64,000 bases of DNA, taken from Fidelibacterota bacterium (GTDB lineage Bacteria > Fidelibacterota > Marinisomatia > Marinisomatales > TCS55). Numbering within the stretch: position 1 is the first letter of the stretch; every line of letters begins with the position of its first letter. Below, in pieces: positions 29,161-38,706 of the stretch. The stretch covers positions 32,001-96,000 of the forward strand of contig JBHHTW010000001.1 in the NCBI GenBank assembly GCA_046861385.1, read 5' to 3'. The notes under the pieces are model-generated. The model saw only the letters and a program-made list of their open reading frames with translations, had not been told where the DNA came from and did not search any database. The translations under genes were made by a program, and so were the position numbers.

Positions 29161-29447
29161 TGAATAAACGATCAATTACCCTTATTATAATTATTTTATT
29201 TGTCGGAGCTATGGTAGGGACGCTCGTTGGTGAATTATTAGGATGGATTCTACCAGAAGGAGTTGTAAAAGACTTTTTTCTTACAAGCGTTTCATTTGAC
29301 CTCGGCGGATTAGTGGGAAATGACTCAGGCGTTATCATCCTGGATGTCATCATGTTTACTATTAAATTTGGTTTTTCAATTACAATTAATTTTACCAGTA
29401 TAATTGGATTAGCAAGTTCTTACTACTTTCTGCGATATTTCCGATGA
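29160..29447 (+). CDS. Small membrane protein (DUF4321-like)
   Basis: GAMVGTLVGELLG..LP.G.VKDFF; FGFSITIN..SIIG. Confidence 0.65.
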   Translation: MNKRSITLIIIILFVGAMVGTLVGELLGWILPEGVVKDFFLTSVSFDLGGLVGNDSGVIILDVIMFTIKFGFSITINFTSIIGLASSYYFLRYFR

Positions 29448-29482
29448 TCGTCGTAATTTCGTTGATACAGATATTATAACTA

Positions 29483-29707
29483 ATGGAGAATTTCATGGAA
29501 TACACAATGATAAAAGCAGCATTTGGTTACTGGGAATTATTACTCATTCTTTTAGTCGTGTTGCTGCTCTTCGGTGCAAAAAAACTTCCGGAATTGGCTC
29601 GTTCTTTGGGAAAAGCGTCCAAGGAATTCAAAGCAGGAGCGGATGAAGTGAAAAAGGAAATCGAAGATGCCGCTTCAACTTTTGAAGACGACACTTCCAC
29701 CAAATAA
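29483..29707 (+). CDS. tatA: Twin-arginine translocase TatA/TatE
   Basis: ELLLILLVVLLLFGAKKLPELARSLGK...EFK. Confidence 0.93.
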   Translation: MENFMEYTMIKAAFGYWELLLILLVVLLLFGAKKLPELARSLGKASKEFKAGADEVKKEIEDAASTFEDDTSTK

Positions 29708-29814
29708 TAGTCAGCATCCTGTCAACAGACGGGCAACCGTCCGTCTGGAATTTTAGAAACAAAATTTTTCTCATAGCGTATAGACTGAAAAACCAGTACG
29801 CTTTATAGGAGAAT

Positions 29815-30786
29815 ATGATTTTTTTTGAACATCCGTGGGTTCTTTTAGGACTACTCACGCTGCCGGCATTTTTCTGGTGGAAAAAGGGGAGCGGGCATCA
29901 ATACGAGGGTACGTTGCGTATCTCATCCATTTCCTTAATTCCAGAAGCATTTCGAAAACGGGGAGATGTGAGAATTCAACTGATTAATATACTTAAGGTA
30001 ATTACCGTATCGTTAATTATTATTGCACTTGCACGTCCTCGAACAGTAGAAAGTATTTTGGAAAAAAAGGTTGAAGTAGTCGATATAGTTTTGGTTTTGG
30101 ATATTTCAAGTTCAATGCTGGCGGAGGATTTTAATCCCAATCGTTTGGAAGCGGTTAAACGAACCGCAAAATCATTTATTGAAAGCAGGACCAGTGATCG
30201 TATTGGGCTATTGGTTTTTGCAGGAGAATCATTTATTCAATGTCCTTTGACCGTGGATAAAAATGTTTTGTCAAATCTCCTAAAAGAAGTGCGGATTGCG
30301 GATCGTGATGTGGATGGTACTGCGATCGGTATGGCCATCGCTAATGCAACAAACAGACTTCGCTTCAGTGAAGCAGAAAGTAAAGTAATGATTCTTCTTT
30401 CTGATGGGAGCAATAACGCAGGTGAACTGGATCCTTTAACTGCTGCTGATTTAGCGAGCCAGTTTGATATTAAGATTTATACCATCGGCGCAGGAACGAA
30501 CCAATCCGTATCTTTTATACCGAACCGTGGATATATTCGTAATGAAATTGATGAAAAAACATTGAGGGAAATTGCAGATCGAACCGGAGGGCGATATTTT
30601 CGAGCGACTGATGAAAATATGTTAACTGATATTTACAATGAAATCGGCGAACTTGAAAAAACAGAAATTAAAGTCAAAGAATATACTCAATACCGCGAAT
30701 TGTTTGGATGGTTCCTCATCCCTGCTATGCTACTCGGATTGGGTTACGAAACGCTAGACAGGTCTATTTTCCGGAGGCGTACGTGA
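29815..30786 (+). CDS. batA: BatA, VWA-domain protein
   Basis: ALARP, DISSSM.AEDF.PNRLEA, GTAIG.AIA, LSDG.NNAG, ATD. Confidence 0.88.
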   Translation: MIFFEHPWVLLGLLTLPAFFWWKKGSGHQYEGTLRISSISLIPEAFRKRGDVRIQLINILKVITVSLIIIALARPRTVESILEKKVEVVDIVLVLDISSSMLAEDFNPNRLEAVKRTAKSFIESRTSDRIGLLVFAGESFIQCPLTVDKNVLSNLLKEVRIADRDVDGTAIGMAIANATNRLRFSEAESKVMILLSDGSNNAGELDPLTAADLASQFDIKIYTIGAGTNQSVSFIPNRGYIRNEIDEKTLREIADRTGGRYFRATDENMLTDIYNEIGELEKTEIKVKEYTQYRELFGWFLIPAMLLGLGYETLDRSIFRRRT

Positions 30787-31808
30787 TCCATTTCCGTTTT
30801 CCGTCGATTCTATTCTTATATATTCCTCTGATTATTTTATGGCTGATATGGATGGCGGGAAGTCGAAAGCAAAAAAGAATGTTTGAACAAGCAGATAAAA
30901 CGTTGGAGAAGAATCTATTCCAAAGGGTTGATTTCAGACGAATTCGTTGGCAAAAACGCCTGGGTATTTTGAGCCTGATATTTTTAGTATTTTCCACTTC
31001 CGGACCTCAAATTGGCACAAGATTGGCACCGGTTGAACGAAAAGGGGTTGATTTGGTATTTGCAATTGACGTTTCCCAAAGTATGAATGCTGAGGATGTA
31101 AAACCCAGCCGATTGGAAAAAGCCAAGTTTGAGATTAGTCAGATGATACGGCGATTAAAAGGTGATCGTGTCGCCATAGTGGTGTTTGCAGGAACAAGCC
31201 ATCTTTATTTACCCTTAACGACTGACTATGAAGCTGCTCAGCTTTTTCTTGAAGGTATAGATATAGGTTTAATTCAAACCCAGGGAACGGATTTAAGCAC
31301 CGCTATCCAAACAGGGTTATCAACGTTTACTGAAGATAGCGAGCATTATAAGGTATTTGTACTCGTTACTGACGGTGAAGATCACGAAGGAGCAGCCATT
31401 GGATTGGCAAAAAATGCCAAGGACCAAGGGATGATAATACATACGGTAGGTGTCGGTACTGTCACTGGGTCATTAATACCGATAGAACAAAAAGACGGGA
31501 CCAGGGAATATAAGCGAGATAAACAGGGTAAGTTGGTGACATCAATTCTTAACGAATCATTGTTGAGAGACATTGCAGATGCTTCCAGTGGTGTATTTGT
31601 CCGATTTGATAATGGAATTGCCAATCATAAGAAAATTTTAAATGCCATCGATTCCATGGAAAAGCGTACCATTCATTCCCATGTTTACTCTGAATTTGAA
31701 GATCGCTACCAATCATTTGCGTTCATTTCATTATTGCTGTTGAGTATCAGCATGGTCTTACCTACTCGAAAAAAGGAAAAGAGAACCTGGAGGGGACGAA
31801 TTGTATAA
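30783..31808 (+). CDS. batB: BatB, VWA-domain protein
   Basis: DVSQSMNAEDVKPSRLEKAK, PLTTD, TDGEDHEG; GTG start overlapping the batA stop. Confidence 0.88.
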   Translation: MIHFRFPSILFLYIPLIILWLIWMAGSRKQKRMFEQADKTLEKNLFQRVDFRRIRWQKRLGILSLIFLVFSTSGPQIGTRLAPVERKGVDLVFAIDVSQSMNAEDVKPSRLEKAKFEISQMIRRLKGDRVAIVVFAGTSHLYLPLTTDYEAAQLFLEGIDIGLIQTQGTDLSTAIQTGLSTFTEDSEHYKVFVLVTDGEDHEGAAIGLAKNAKDQGMIIHTVGVGTVTGSLIPIEQKDGTREYKRDKQGKLVTSILNESLLRDIADASSGVFVRFDNGIANHKKILNAIDSMEKRTIHSHVYSEFEDRYQSFAFISLLLLSISMVLPTRKKEKRTWRGRIV

Positions 31809-32556
31809 ATTCATGTTATTTACTCTGTCTGGTATTCTCCTCGCCCAGGATGATGGATTAAAATCTTATCAAAATGGAGATTTTGATAACGCACGAAATT
31901 ATTATGAATCCATTTTAAAAGCGAAAGAGGAGAATTATTCAGCCCAATTCGGATTGGGGACAACCGCCTTTCAGCAAGAGGATTTTCAGAGTGCGATGAA
32001 GGCTTTTCAACGAGTTATGGAGACAGATAATGATCATTTAAAATCCAAAGCATTTTATAATTTGGGAAACACGATGGCTAAAATGGAAAAGTATGAAGAT
32101 GCGATAGAATTATATCGAAAGGCGTTAGAATTAAATCCAAATGATCAGGATGCTAAGCATAATTATGAAATGCTTCGATATGAGAAGAAACAGCAGCAGC
32201 AAAATCAAGAAAATCAAGATAAAGATTCGGAAAATCAGGAGCAAAAAAAAGATCAACAACCCCAGGACGACCAACAGAAAGAAAATAATCAAAATCAGGA
32301 TCAATCGCAGGAAGACTCACAGGAAAAGAAGGAGGATAAGCAATCTCAAAAACAGAATGAGCAAAATGAAGATCAGTCTCTGGATCAAAATCAGCAAAAT
32401 GAACCGCAACAGAAACAAGCAGAGGAAAATCAGGAAAAAAAGCAGGATTTACAGAATGCTCAGGCTATTTTAGATGCCCTAAAAAAGGATGAAAAAGTGA
32501 ATCTAAATCGACAAATGGTCCGAGCTCGATCAAGAAAACTGGAGAAAGATTGGTAA
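31801..32556 (+). CDS. batC: BatC, TPR protein with Q/E/K-rich tail
   Basis: YNLGN, ALELNPNDQDAKHN, low-complexity Gln-rich region, C-terminal KDW. Confidence 0.82.
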   Translation: MYKFMLFTLSGILLAQDDGLKSYQNGDFDNARNYYESILKAKEENYSAQFGLGTTAFQQEDFQSAMKAFQRVMETDNDHLKSKAFYNLGNTMAKMEKYEDAIELYRKALELNPNDQDAKHNYEMLRYEKKQQQQNQENQDKDSENQEQKKDQQPQDDQQKENNQNQDQSQEDSQEKKEDKQSQKQNEQNEDQSLDQNQQNEPQQKQAEENQEKKQDLQNAQAILDALKKDEKVNLNRQMVRARSRKLEKDW

Positions 32557-34256
32557 TGCGGATTATTCTGCCAATCGTTTTATTATTTCAAGTCGTTCTC
32601 GGGCAGTCAGTTACTGCTTCAGTGGATGTTAATCAACTGGCTGTCAATGAAACATTTACGTTAAAAATTGAAGCAAAAGATGCTGAGAATATGCCGAGAG
32701 TGGAACTATCTGCTTTAGGAAAAAATTTCACTGTTGTGAGCGGTCCCGCCCAACAGACCAGTTACCAATGGATTAACGGTAAAGCCACATCCAGTAAAAC
32801 ATTAACATGGACATTGATTCCCAATAAGAAGGGCGTTTTGACGATTCCATCATTGGCTGTTTCTCTCGATGGAAAACAATTCAAAACAAAACCCATAAGA
32901 ATGAACATCAAAGATTCGGGGCAGGTGGCGAATAAGGATGAATTATTTTTGCTGGCCGAGTTGGATAAAAAAGAAGCATTTGTTGGTGAACAAATCACAG
33001 TAGTCTATAAATTATATACACGCGTGCAAATGAGTTTGGAAAATATTCACTACCCGGAAAGTGTGGGTTTTTGGTCAGAAGAGCTATCCGTCCCGCGTCC
33101 TCCGCGATTTAACCAGATTACCATTAGCGGCGTTCGTTACAATGTGGCTACACTTTATAAAATAGCCCTTTTTCCAACCAAGACAGGAGAGTTGGAATTG
33201 ACACCTATGACTGTCAGTTGCAATGTTCAGGTAAAAAAGAAGCGCCGTCAACGGAGTGTTTTTGATGATCCGTTTTTTAATTCATTTTTCAATGAAACAG
33301 TACAGAAAGTATTGAGAACAGAACCAACAGTCATATCCGTGAAACAATTCCCGGATGGTAAACCAACCAGTTTTACCGGGGCCGTGGGCGAATTTAAACT
33401 ATCTACCTGGGTCGATTCGGATCAAGTGAAAGCAAACGAAGCAATCACGTATACAGTGGAACTCAAAGGCACCGGAAACCTAAACATGTTCAATATACCG
33501 GAATTAAATTTTCCGGAAATGATGGAGGTATTTCCTCCTACGACCACCTTTGATCAGGAACAACTTTGGGATCAGTTCACCGGAACGATGAAGTGGGAAT
33601 ACATTATCATCCCCAGACAAGCAGGGAAGGCCTTTTTACCAAGAATTGAACTATCTTATTTTAATCCGAAAGATGAATCATTTAATACCATTAACTCCAA
33701 ATCCATAGAACTGAATATCGCACCGGCGAAAGAACAATTCATCACGGGAACATCAGGTTTTACGAAAAATGAAATTACACTGTTGGGACAGGATATTCAT
33801 TACAATGTCACTACTCCTCCGTCTTGGATTGAGCGAGGCAGCAGAGGGATTCCCCTGTGGGTTTTAACGAGTTATTTCCTAACAGCTGGGCTTTTCCTGG
33901 CACCGGTTACGTTGACCCGTTATCGGTCCAAAAGATTGGCTACGGCTGGGTTACGCAGGTCTCAACGGGCGCTGAAGAAAGCTAAAAAATCACTTCAAGC
34001 CCAATCAAATCTGGATAAAATTGCTCTTGCAGCTTATACCTACCTGAAAGAGCGTTGGCAGCTGAAGTCAGAAAATTTAGATCCTTTAACTGTTGAAAAT
34101 GAATTAAATGGTTTATTGCCGCCTGAAGTACTTTCGGATCTTGTTCACCTGTTAAAAACATTTGACGCAGCGCGTTACGCACCCACGATGAATAAGGAAG
34201 AAAATCTTGCCAATACTGCATTGAAAATATTAAAAAAGGTAGACCAGTATTCATGA
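32550..34256 (+). CDS. batD: BatD family protein
   Basis: SYQWING, GEQITVVY, DDPFF, FTGAVGEF, GTGNL; operon order. Confidence 0.85.
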   Translation: MVMRIILPIVLLFQVVLGQSVTASVDVNQLAVNETFTLKIEAKDAENMPRVELSALGKNFTVVSGPAQQTSYQWINGKATSSKTLTWTLIPNKKGVLTIPSLAVSLDGKQFKTKPIRMNIKDSGQVANKDELFLLAELDKKEAFVGEQITVVYKLYTRVQMSLENIHYPESVGFWSEELSVPRPPRFNQITISGVRYNVATLYKIALFPTKTGELELTPMTVSCNVQVKKKRRQRSVFDDPFFNSFFNETVQKVLRTEPTVISVKQFPDGKPTSFTGAVGEFKLSTWVDSDQVKANEAITYTVELKGTGNLNMFNIPELNFPEMMEVFPPTTTFDQEQLWDQFTGTMKWEYIIIPRQAGKAFLPRIELSYFNPKDESFNTINSKSIELNIAPAKEQFITGTSGFTKNEITLLGQDIHYNVTTPPSWIERGSRGIPLWVLTSYFLTAGLFLAPVTLTRYRSKRLATAGLRRSQRALKKAKKSLQAQSNLDKIALAAYTYLKERWQLKSENLDPLTVENELNGLLPPEVLSDLVHLLKTFDAARYAPTMNKEENLANTALKILKKVDQYS

Positions 34257-34990
34257 AGTGTTTCCTCATCACTCTTTTTATATCGAATGTGTTTGCGATG
34301 AATGCCGACAGCCTCTTTATACAGGGGAATACTTATTTTGAAAATGACCAATACGCTCGATCTGCTCGTACCTTTGAACGACTATTGTCATTAGCAGAGC
34401 ATGAGGATCTTTATTATAATTTGGGAAATGCTTATTACAGAATGGGGGAAGTTGGATTTGCTGTCTGGGCCTATGAAAAAGGTCTTCAATTCGATCCAAG
34501 GAATAAGGACATTAAACATAATTTGGAATTGGTTAACACCCGTGTGAAAGATCGTATTGAGGTTCCGGAAGGGTTTGTGCTGTTAGATTGGTATAGAAGT
34601 ATAAAAAATTCAACGACAGTGAATGATTTGCTTGCATGGGGAAGTGGTTTTTTACTATTAGTCGGAATGATATATTTTTTCAGACAGTTCAGATTTATTG
34701 GGCGCCGTACATCTTTTAGATTGCAAACAACGCTGGTTGTACTGACAATCCTCGTCCATAGTATATGTCTCGATAAATATTGGGATGTTACCGATACTGA
34801 AGAAGGGGTGATTGTATCCCAAACTGTCAATGTATATTCTATTCCGGCAATTCGGGATGAAATGATGGTATTTAAAGTCCATGAAGGATTAAAAGTAGAA
34901 ATCACTCAATATCAGGACCATTGGATAGAAATTATTTTACTGGATGGAAAAAAAGGATGGATACCGGATAATACATTCAGAGCATTGTGA
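34253..34990 (+). CDS. batE: BatE, TPR + SH3 protein
   Basis: YYNLGNAYYR.G, YEKGL..DP, HEGLKV, DGKKGWI. Confidence 0.82.
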   Translation: MKCFLITLFISNVFAMNADSLFIQGNTYFENDQYARSARTFERLLSLAEHEDLYYNLGNAYYRMGEVGFAVWAYEKGLQFDPRNKDIKHNLELVNTRVKDRIEVPEGFVLLDWYRSIKNSTTVNDLLAWGSGFLLLVGMIYFFRQFRFIGRRTSFRLQTTLVVLTILVHSICLDKYWDVTDTEEGVIVSQTVNVYSIPAIRDEMMVFKVHEGLKVEITQYQDHWIEIILLDGKKGWIPDNTFRAL

Positions 34991-34994
34991 TAAG

Positions 34995-35510
34995 ATGAAC
35001 CACGTAAAACTTAAATATTTGAAAAGTAAAATTTGGACTGCATTATTAAATAATTACGGGAGTACATTTATTTTCATGTTTCTACTTTCTTTTTCATTTC
35101 CGCAAGAATCTGATCCCAATAAGATATTCGACCCGGATCAACATAGGGATATCCAGCCCAAGTGGCCGGTTATTGTCAATAGCGTTTTTCAAAGCGACAA
35201 TGCCATTGACTCCATTTTAACTTCGGATACTGTCTATTGGATCACCGAAGGATTTCGAGTGCAGATTCTTGCAACCAAGTCTATGACAAAAGCTGACTCA
35301 TTGAGTGCCATATTAAATACCGTCTTACAGGATTCCATTTATGTCGTATATGAAACTCCAAATTATAAAGTACGGGTTGGTGACTATATTGTGAGAGCAG
35401 AAGCGGAGGAAACACGTCAATATTTAAGCAATATTGGGTACCCTTCCGCTTGGATAATTCGTACGCGGATTACTCCTCAACAGTCGGGGAAGATGATTCG
35501 AAACTATTAG
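34995..35510 (+). CDS. SPOR domain protein
   Basis: GFRVQI, PNYKVRVGD, GYPSAWI; start uncertain. Confidence 0.75.
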   Translation: MNHVKLKYLKSKIWTALLNNYGSTFIFMFLLSFSFPQESDPNKIFDPDQHRDIQPKWPVIVNSVFQSDNAIDSILTSDTVYWITEGFRVQILATKSMTKADSLSAILNTVLQDSIYVVYETPNYKVRVGDYIVRAEAEETRQYLSNIGYPSAWIIRTRITPQQSGKMIRNY

Positions 35511-35646
35511 GATCAAGATTAGGAAAAGGAATTTGGATTAAGGAAAAATATAATATTTTCTTGATGGTTCCTTATTTCATCCATTTCATATTTTTTTAAA
35601 TCTTAATTCCTAATTCCATTTCGTAATCCCTGAATATATAGAGGGA

Positions 35647-37473
35647 TTATTTTGGAATCCTAAGACAAAAAATATTTCCCGTTGGTTTATTTGGCTCAAC
35701 ACTTGCCTCTCCATTATGTGCTTGTGCAATTCGCTTTACAATAGCCAACCCAAGTCCCCGGCCTCGTTTTTTTCCTTCTTCCAGTTGAACGTTTCGTTTA
35801 AATATTTCCATCCGCTTATCTTCTGGGATGGTTGATCCAAAATCTTTGACACAAATGACGATGGTGTCTTTGTCTTTTCTATCTTCTACGACGATTCTTT
35901 TTCCATCACTGGCATATTTAATTGCATTGCTGATATAGTTCTTAAAAACTTCTGCAATAATGGGATTAGTATACGCCGGCAGTCTATCAGGAAGTTGCAA
36001 GTCCAAAGTCATTCCGTTATTGTTAAGCTGATTTGAAAATTCATCTGAAACACTTGTTATTATTTCAACAAGATCTAATTTCCGTTTCTCAATGCTTTCT
36101 CCCATAGATACTTTTGATAAAGTGGCTGCGTTTTCAATAACATTTATCAAACTATTGCAGCATTCGTCGATAGAATCCAACATTTCATTTTCCGGAAATT
36201 CCTCCTTCATCAATTCAGACATACCGCTGATAACACCTAATGGATTTTTTAAATCATGGGTGATAATATCCAACAATAATTCCTTCAGACTGTTTGCTTC
36301 GAATAACTCTGTAGAGAGAGTACGATATTTTTCTTCTGATTTTTCCAATTTCTCCCGGGCTTGTTTTAATTCAGTTATATCGCGGGAAACTCCCATAACA
36401 CCGATGAGTTCACCATCCTCATTCTTAAGTACTGATGCTGATAGAATACTTGGAAAAACCTCCCCGCTTTTTCTTTTATTGAGAATTTCTTGAACAAAAC
36501 TCCCTTCTTTAATTGTTGCTTTATGAGCTTTATCTCCCTTTTGTGGGTTTACATACAGCATATCAATTGGTTTGCCCAAAACATCTTCTCGATGATATCC
36601 AAAGGTTTTTTCGGCTGCTTGGTTAAACTCAGCGATCATCCTGTTTTTATCCACAGCTATGATCATATCTAATGAGCAATCAATAATGTTTTTCGCATAC
36701 TCCTGGGATGCCTTAAGTGCTTTTTTAATTTTCTTTTGTTCGGTTATATCCCGTGAAATTCCCATAACGCCGATTTCCTCCCCATGGGAATTACGTAAAA
36801 TTGAAGAAGCAAGCAGGCTTGGAAAAATAGCACCAGATTTATGCCGGTTTTGAATTTCATGCACACATCTTTTATCCTTTAGAGTTTTTTTATGTATCGC
36901 CAGTCCTTCAACTTTATCAGCGTATAAAAGGTTTATATGTTTACCCAAAACCTCTTCCCGCGAATATCCAAAAGATTCTTCTGCCATTTTATTAAACTCA
37001 ATAATTTTACGGTCATTATTCACGGCTACGATCATATCCATTGAACTTTGAATAATATTCCGATTATACTCCTGTATTGTCTTTATTTTTTTATCTTGTT
37101 GGTCTTTGTAAAGAGCAACTTCTATGACGTTTCGTAACTCTTTATCAACAATCGGTTTGATTATATAAGCAAATGGTTCAGTTCCTTTAGCACGCTGAAA
37201 AAGAGCATCGTCCTCATGTGCAGTGAGATAGACAACGGGAACATTACAAGTTTCACGTATCTTTGCTGCGGCTTCAATCCCGTCGATATCTCCTTCTAAT
37301 TGGATATCCATAATAACCAGGTCAGGAAGCAGATTTATAGCCAAATCGATTGCTTCTTTTCCAGTCGCGGCATGTCCAGCTACTCCGTAATCAAGACGCT
37401 TCATGGTTAGACAGAGAAGCTCAACCATGCTTGAATTATCTTCTACTATTAGAATATTTGCTTTATTAGACAT
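35647..37473 (-). CDS. Receiver-PAS-PAS sensor histidine kinase
   Basis: ILIVED...DLVIMDI (REC); two similar PAS units; THDLKNPL (H box); NAIKY; GLGLAIV. Confidence 0.9.
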   Translation of the reverse strand: MSNKANILIVEDNSSMVELLCLTMKRLDYGVAGHAATGKEAIDLAINLLPDLVIMDIQLEGDIDGIEAAAKIRETCNVPVVYLTAHEDDALFQRAKGTEPFAYIIKPIVDKELRNVIEVALYKDQQDKKIKTIQEYNRNIIQSSMDMIVAVNNDRKIIEFNKMAEESFGYSREEVLGKHINLLYADKVEGLAIHKKTLKDKRCVHEIQNRHKSGAIFPSLLASSILRNSHGEEIGVMGISRDITEQKKIKKALKASQEYAKNIIDCSLDMIIAVDKNRMIAEFNQAAEKTFGYHREDVLGKPIDMLYVNPQKGDKAHKATIKEGSFVQEILNKRKSGEVFPSILSASVLKNEDGELIGVMGVSRDITELKQAREKLEKSEEKYRTLSTELFEANSLKELLLDIITHDLKNPLGVISGMSELMKEEFPENEMLDSIDECCNSLINVIENAATLSKVSMGESIEKRKLDLVEIITSVSDEFSNQLNNNGMTLDLQLPDRLPAYTNPIIAEVFKNYISNAIKYASDGKRIVVEDRKDKDTIVICVKDFGSTIPEDKRMEIFKRNVQLEEGKKRGRGLGLAIVKRIAQAHNGEASVEPNKPTGNIFCLRIPK

Positions 37474-37635
37474 TTTATTCTCCTCAAGAAAATGCGTTAT
37501 TTATCTTAAAATTACCTGATAATTTACTGTATGCAATAAGTATTTATTCCGATAATGAAAGATTGTGAGAGGGAACACATTTATAAAATTGAAGAAATAA
37601 GTAAGAAGTAAAAAGGAAGAAAAAAAGAAGGAAAC

Positions 37636-37702
37636 AGGTAAGCGGTGAGTGCCCGCCCGCCGTGGCGGGGTAACTGGTGAGCGGTAACTGGTAACTGGTG
37701 AG
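37636..37702. repeat. Heptamer array (TGGTAAC family) interrupted by an 18-nt GC-rich palindromic insert
   Basis: aggtaag cggtgag tg[cccgcccgccgtggcggg]gtaac tggtgag cggtaac tggtaac tggtgag. Confidence 0.85.
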
Positions 37703-37725
37703 TGACGAAAAAGTAGCAGTGGTAG

Positions 37726-37842
37726 GAAGCCTCCTATACCGTCAGATTAAAACAATCTCTAGAAAAAGTACATAAAGGAAATGTACAATCCTTTGACAGC
37801 CCAAATGAATTGCTGAAAGCCATAGATTCTGCAGATGATTAA
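37726..37842 (+). pseudogene. Possible C-terminal remnant of a type II antitoxin
   Basis: Startless frame ...LKQSLEKVHKGNVQSFDSPNELLKAIDSADD*; resembles antitoxin C-termini; upstream of the RelE-like ORF. Confidence 0.45.
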
Positions 37843-37862
37843 TTGTTCTTTATAAATCATTC

Positions 37863-38142
37863 TGTCATTGCCGCATCCCGATGGTTTAATCGGGATGTGG
37901 CAATCTCCTTGGAAATGCTGGAAGAGGGGGATTGCCCCGACCTACGATGCGGGACTGTAAGCTTCATCGTTCTTCCTCGCATAGACAATTATTGTGTTTT
38001 TCCCGTACTGCAGACATTCTTGTCTGCAGTAATACAGACAGGAATGTCTGTATTACAACCACAAGCAAGGGGATCACTTCGTCGTTTCACTTCTCGCCTG
38101 TTCGCCGGGTAGTGTAGGAGGATGATGACAATTATTGTGTTT
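37863..38142. repeat. Cluster of REP-like palindromic elements
   Basis: GTCATTGC..GTGGCAATCTC element; perfect hairpins at 38006-38031 and 38029-38056; direct repeat gacaattattgtgttt at 37984 and 38127. Confidence 0.8.
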
Positions 38143-38159
38143 GTGGAGGATTATTTTAA

Positions 38160-38459
38160 TTGTACACAATAAAAACGACATCTTCCTTTCTGCGAACGGC
38201 CAAAAAATTTTTCAATCGTCATCCGGAATTAAAAGAACGCTTTACCGCCATTATGGAATTATTACGTAAAGATCCCATAGCACAGGCACTGAAAATTCTT
38301 CCGTTGAGCGGAGAAATTATTGGCCTCCATGCAGCAAGCCTCACCTATAAATATAGAATTACACTCATTATTCGTTTTCCGGAAAAAGCAATCTTTTTGT
38401 GGATGTTAGAATGGCTATGGACTAAGATATTGCATGTAAATAATTACGATAACCTTTAA
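38160..38459 (+). pseudogene. RelE/YafQ-like toxin, probably degenerate at the C-terminus
   Basis: MYTIKTTSSFLRTAKKFF.RHPELKERF...DP...L.G...GLHAASLTYKYRI; expected DIG.HD tail absent, apparent frameshift near 38395. Confidence 0.65.
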
Positions 38460-38524
38460 CTGATCCAAGAATTGAACATCCTACGGAGTTCGAACATTTT
38501 TCCTTATTGGTGCTATAAACATGC

Positions 38525-38706
38525 AACCTCTACGAGGTTTTGTATTATGTTAATCGGACTCCGTTTGGAGTTAAATATTTAGAGCACATGAATACCAAAA
38601 AGAAAGCAATCCATACGAGGTTTTGTATTATGTTAATCAGACTCCGTCTGGAGTTAAATAATTATAACATATAAATACCAAAAAGAAAACAACGCCGTGA
38701 GGTGTT
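38525..38706. repeat. Two ~83-bp direct repeats built from short palindromes
   Basis: Copies start at 38531 and 38614 (tacgaggttttgtattatgttaatcRgactccgtYtggagttaaata...ataccaaaaagaaaRcaa). Confidence 0.9.

Noticed and set aside
32180-32460. Low-complexity CAA/GAA tract and the alternative-frame ORF 32141-32473
   Set aside because: Explained by the usual Q/E/K-rich linker of BatC.
37843-38117. ORFs 37843-38112 and 37932-38117
   Set aside because: They are translations of palindromic repeat DNA with no protein-like features.
38525-38706. Possible CRISPR array
   Set aside because: Only two units, the intervening sequence is also duplicated, and no cas genes are in the window.
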